Shown here: positions 62,171 through 64,000 of the stretch, in pieces
Layout of the letters: each line of letters begins with the position of its first letter
Numbering within the stretch: the first letter of the stretch is position 1
IMG/VR virus record: IMGVR_UViG_3300048609_000040
DNA: 64,000 bases
Direction: 5' to 3' (one strand)
Source: an uncultured virus (IMG/VR IMGVR_UViG_3300048609_000040)
Taxonomy: Duplodnaviria > Heunggongvirae > Uroviricota > Caudoviricetes
Program-made: the position numbers and the translations under genes
Notes under the pieces: model-generated
The model's database searches: none
Told to the model about the DNA's origin: nothing
The model's input: only the letters and a program-made list of their open reading frames with translations

Positions 62171-62506
62171 ATGGAACACGAGCAATCTGATTGTCCACAT
62201 ACTATCTGCTTCATTTGCGACACTGATGTCGTGCAGATTATGCCAGCACCCGACTACCGTGTCTGGTGGCTTAACGACGAAGATCAAGTGTGGAGCGAAC
62301 CGTTACTGGCTTGGGGGCTGACACGGGGCGGTGACGTAGTACCATTACAAAACGACGTAAACGGCAGCGTTGAGACGCTAAACGCCCGCGGAACGTTTCC
62401 ACAACTTGTAGCAGTACAACATGTCAGTCTAGGCACACCGTCAGGAACAGTCGTCGAAGAGGCCATTACACGTTGCGGGGCTTGGAGATCGGAGTGGCCA
62501 CGTTGA
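62171..62506 (+). CDS. hypothetical protein
   Basis: QIMPA...PLLAWGL motif. Confidence 0.55.
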   Translation: MEHEQSDCPHTICFICDTDVVQIMPAPDYRVWWLNDEDQVWSEPLLAWGLTRGGDVVPLQNDVNGSVETLNARGTFPQLVAVQHVSLGTPSGTVVEEAITRCGAWRSEWPR

Positions 62507-62561
62507 AATGCTAATTGGAATGGTAGAGGACACGCTTCCCTGAAACTGCTATGTTCGACGT

Positions 62562-62990
62562 ATGCAGATAACTGTTGGTGAGCTACGTTTCGACCTTCGC
62601 GAGAAGGCTGGCTATGCTGTCGCCGTTCCCATGACCTGGAAGACGGCAGGAGAGTTCAAGCGGCTTCAGCGGATCATCAATAACGTGGCCGGCAAGCAGC
62701 CTACTTGGAAGGCGGTAACTGTCGACGGTCAAATCGGTCCCGCCACTGCTCGTACTGCTTTTGAGATGGTAAGACATTTTGTAGGCGTAGAGAAATCTGT
62801 CCCTGCATGGGACATGACGACCCCTGAACAGGTAGAATGGGTGGCTAAGAACGTCTTGAGTGTAGCCGCTACACTTGCTCGTATAGCCGGTGACGAGCTT
62901 GATGATTACAGCAACAGTAACGCACCAGCGTGGCTTCTTGTTGTGTCGCCGGTCGTTTGGGGTTGGTACGGCAGACGCGCATTGATGTAG
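62562..62990 (+). CDS. PG-binding-like protein (paralog family)
   Basis: FKRLQRIIN...VDGQIGPAT; C-terminal PAWLLVVSP...YGRR; leaderless-type promoter. Confidence 0.65.
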   Translation: MQITVGELRFDLREKAGYAVAVPMTWKTAGEFKRLQRIINNVAGKQPTWKAVTVDGQIGPATARTAFEMVRHFVGVEKSVPAWDMTTPEQVEWVAKNVLSVAATLARIAGDELDDYSNSNAPAWLLVVSPVVWGWYGRRALM

Positions 62991-63199
62991 GACGACAATG
63001 TCAAAGTCTGCGTGGCGTGTGTGGTCGATGATGTGTGATAGAACCTGGATAGTGGCAAGCTTTGCGTACTCGAAGAAAGATGTTGCAGACGCCCACTGCG
63101 CCAAACTCCCAGTCGGGTACAATTTTCTGAAGCACGAGGTCCGAGAAGAACTGCCAGGACCCGAAGTTCTCGTTCTTGATACCATCACTTGAGGATTTT

Positions 63200-63574
63200 A
63201 TGGGTGCAGGAACGTATTACGCAGTCGTGTACGGCTGTCCTGATGTTACAGATGGTAACGCGGACAAGTTACACGACGATAATGTTGCTTACGCATTGCA
63301 CAGAGTCCTCAAGGATCTAGACATCGCGACAAGTTATGAGAACGGGATGCAGTATGCGGGTATTGTCTTGAGTACAACGTTGGAACATCATCGTTATCAG
63401 CTCCCTGACGGACCTATGAGCATCGACGCGCTGCCCACAGCAATCCGTGCGGGCATTCAGCCTGAGAGGCTTGCTGCTGCGGAGAAGACCTGGGAGAAGG
63501 CACGCAAAGCCGCTGCCGAGGTTGGGTTGACGCTGCCCGAAGGTGAGTTGCTCTGGCTCGCAGATCATGATTGA
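63200..63574 (+). CDS. hypothetical protein
   Basis: GAGGA RBS. Confidence 0.6.
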   Translation: MGAGTYYAVVYGCPDVTDGNADKLHDDNVAYALHRVLKDLDIATSYENGMQYAGIVLSTTLEHHRYQLPDGPMSIDALPTAIRAGIQPERLAAAEKTWEKARKAAAEVGLTLPEGELLWLADHD

Positions 63575-63583
63575 CCGCTAGCT

Positions 63584-64000
63584 ATGAACTCCGTGAAGAC
63601 TACGACTGTGACGCGTCAGATTGGTTCGCTGAGCATGTTGTCCCGCCGATTGTTTACGTTGGACTGCATCCAAGAACAGCTACTACTTTTCTGGAATCCG
63701 ATTTACCCACGGGATAATCGTCCACACCTGTTGGCGTCTGCTGCAGCTGAGTATCTCTTGAGCAACAAGGAACGGGTGAATCTAGAACGCGGTTACTATT
63801 GGGCCGACCTACCATCGGCAACCCTACTTCGTGCCGCTGAGGCAGAAGCTTTGGCTAGTAGGGCTATTGCCTCTCGCAATCGACTTTGGGGCATTGACGA
63901 CGGGCTAAGCGCTGAAGAGTTGCTGACAGCGCTGCAACCCGAGTTGGCCTTTCGTGCCGTTGCTGCAGTTACAGATTTTGCTGAATACGTGGATGTTGTG
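63584..64000 (+). CDS. partial hypothetical protein (Imm5-like motif)
   Basis: Frame open to the window end; DCI...YPRDNRP resembles the Imm5 P.D.RP motif. Confidence 0.4.
   Translation, partial: MNSVKTTTVTRQIGSLSMLSRRLFTLDCIQEQLLLFWNPIYPRDNRPHLLASAAAEYLLSNKERVNLERGYYWADLPSATLLRAAEAEALASRAIASRNRLWGIDDGLSAEELLTALQPELAFRAVAAVTDFAEYVDVV

Noticed and set aside
1..64000. Genome-wide stop-codon reassignment (TAG or TGA)
   Set aside because: TAG and TGA end many full-length, tightly packed genes (e.g. 6533, 15513, 56004, 23896). Only one in-frame TGA and one frameshift-associated TAG were found

Overview
This window looks like part of a large bacterial virus (jumbo phage or similar large mobile element). 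It has dense short ORFs, no housekeeping operons, and no capsid, terminase or replicase gene that I can recognise, so the virus class is inferred. (1) 0.15-10 kb is a + strand array of about 27 tRNA genes, interspersed with HNH endonucleases and small genes. Many of the tRNAs are non-canonical: C33, A18/G55 elbows, 8/4 folds, miniature D arms, an Ile(UAU) with a long variable arm and a T-loop insertion. Several tRNA-like RNAs have the anticodon arm replaced by a large domain. (2) 13.4-25.5 kb is one co-directional gene run that holds a dispersed ubiquitin-like conjugation system: a TROVE/Ro60-like vWA protein, a putative E2-like protein, a JAB protease, a Ubl ending PFG-WR and a minimal ThiF/E1. 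A mini tmRNA-like RNA lies inside this run. (3) 25.6-26.0 kb is a stand-alone non-coding unit with a sigma70-type promoter and an intrinsic terminator. In it a conserved covarying helical scaffold carries tRNA cargo (a circularly permuted tRNA-Val and a tRNA-Arg with a switchable acceptor stem), and a tRNA minihelix sits between the two copies. (4) 28-35 kb holds large modular virion or receptor-binding-like proteins. (5) 35-40 kb is a glycosyl-/methyltransferase cluster. (6) 39.9-40.6 kb is a truncated RF1-like release factor whose gene needs a prfB-style +1 frameshift, but at a UAG codon (GGAGG-GGT-CTT-TAG-C). (7) 42-52 kb holds many tail-anchored membrane proteins, including a paralogous PG-binding-like family. 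(8) 53-64 kb holds an AAA+/vWA-metallopeptidase pair, a macrodomain, a pentapeptide-repeat protein, thioredoxin and hypotheticals. Many genes appear leaderless (TAnnnT, 6 nt, then the start codon). All calls come from reading motifs and base pairing by eye; no database searches were run.
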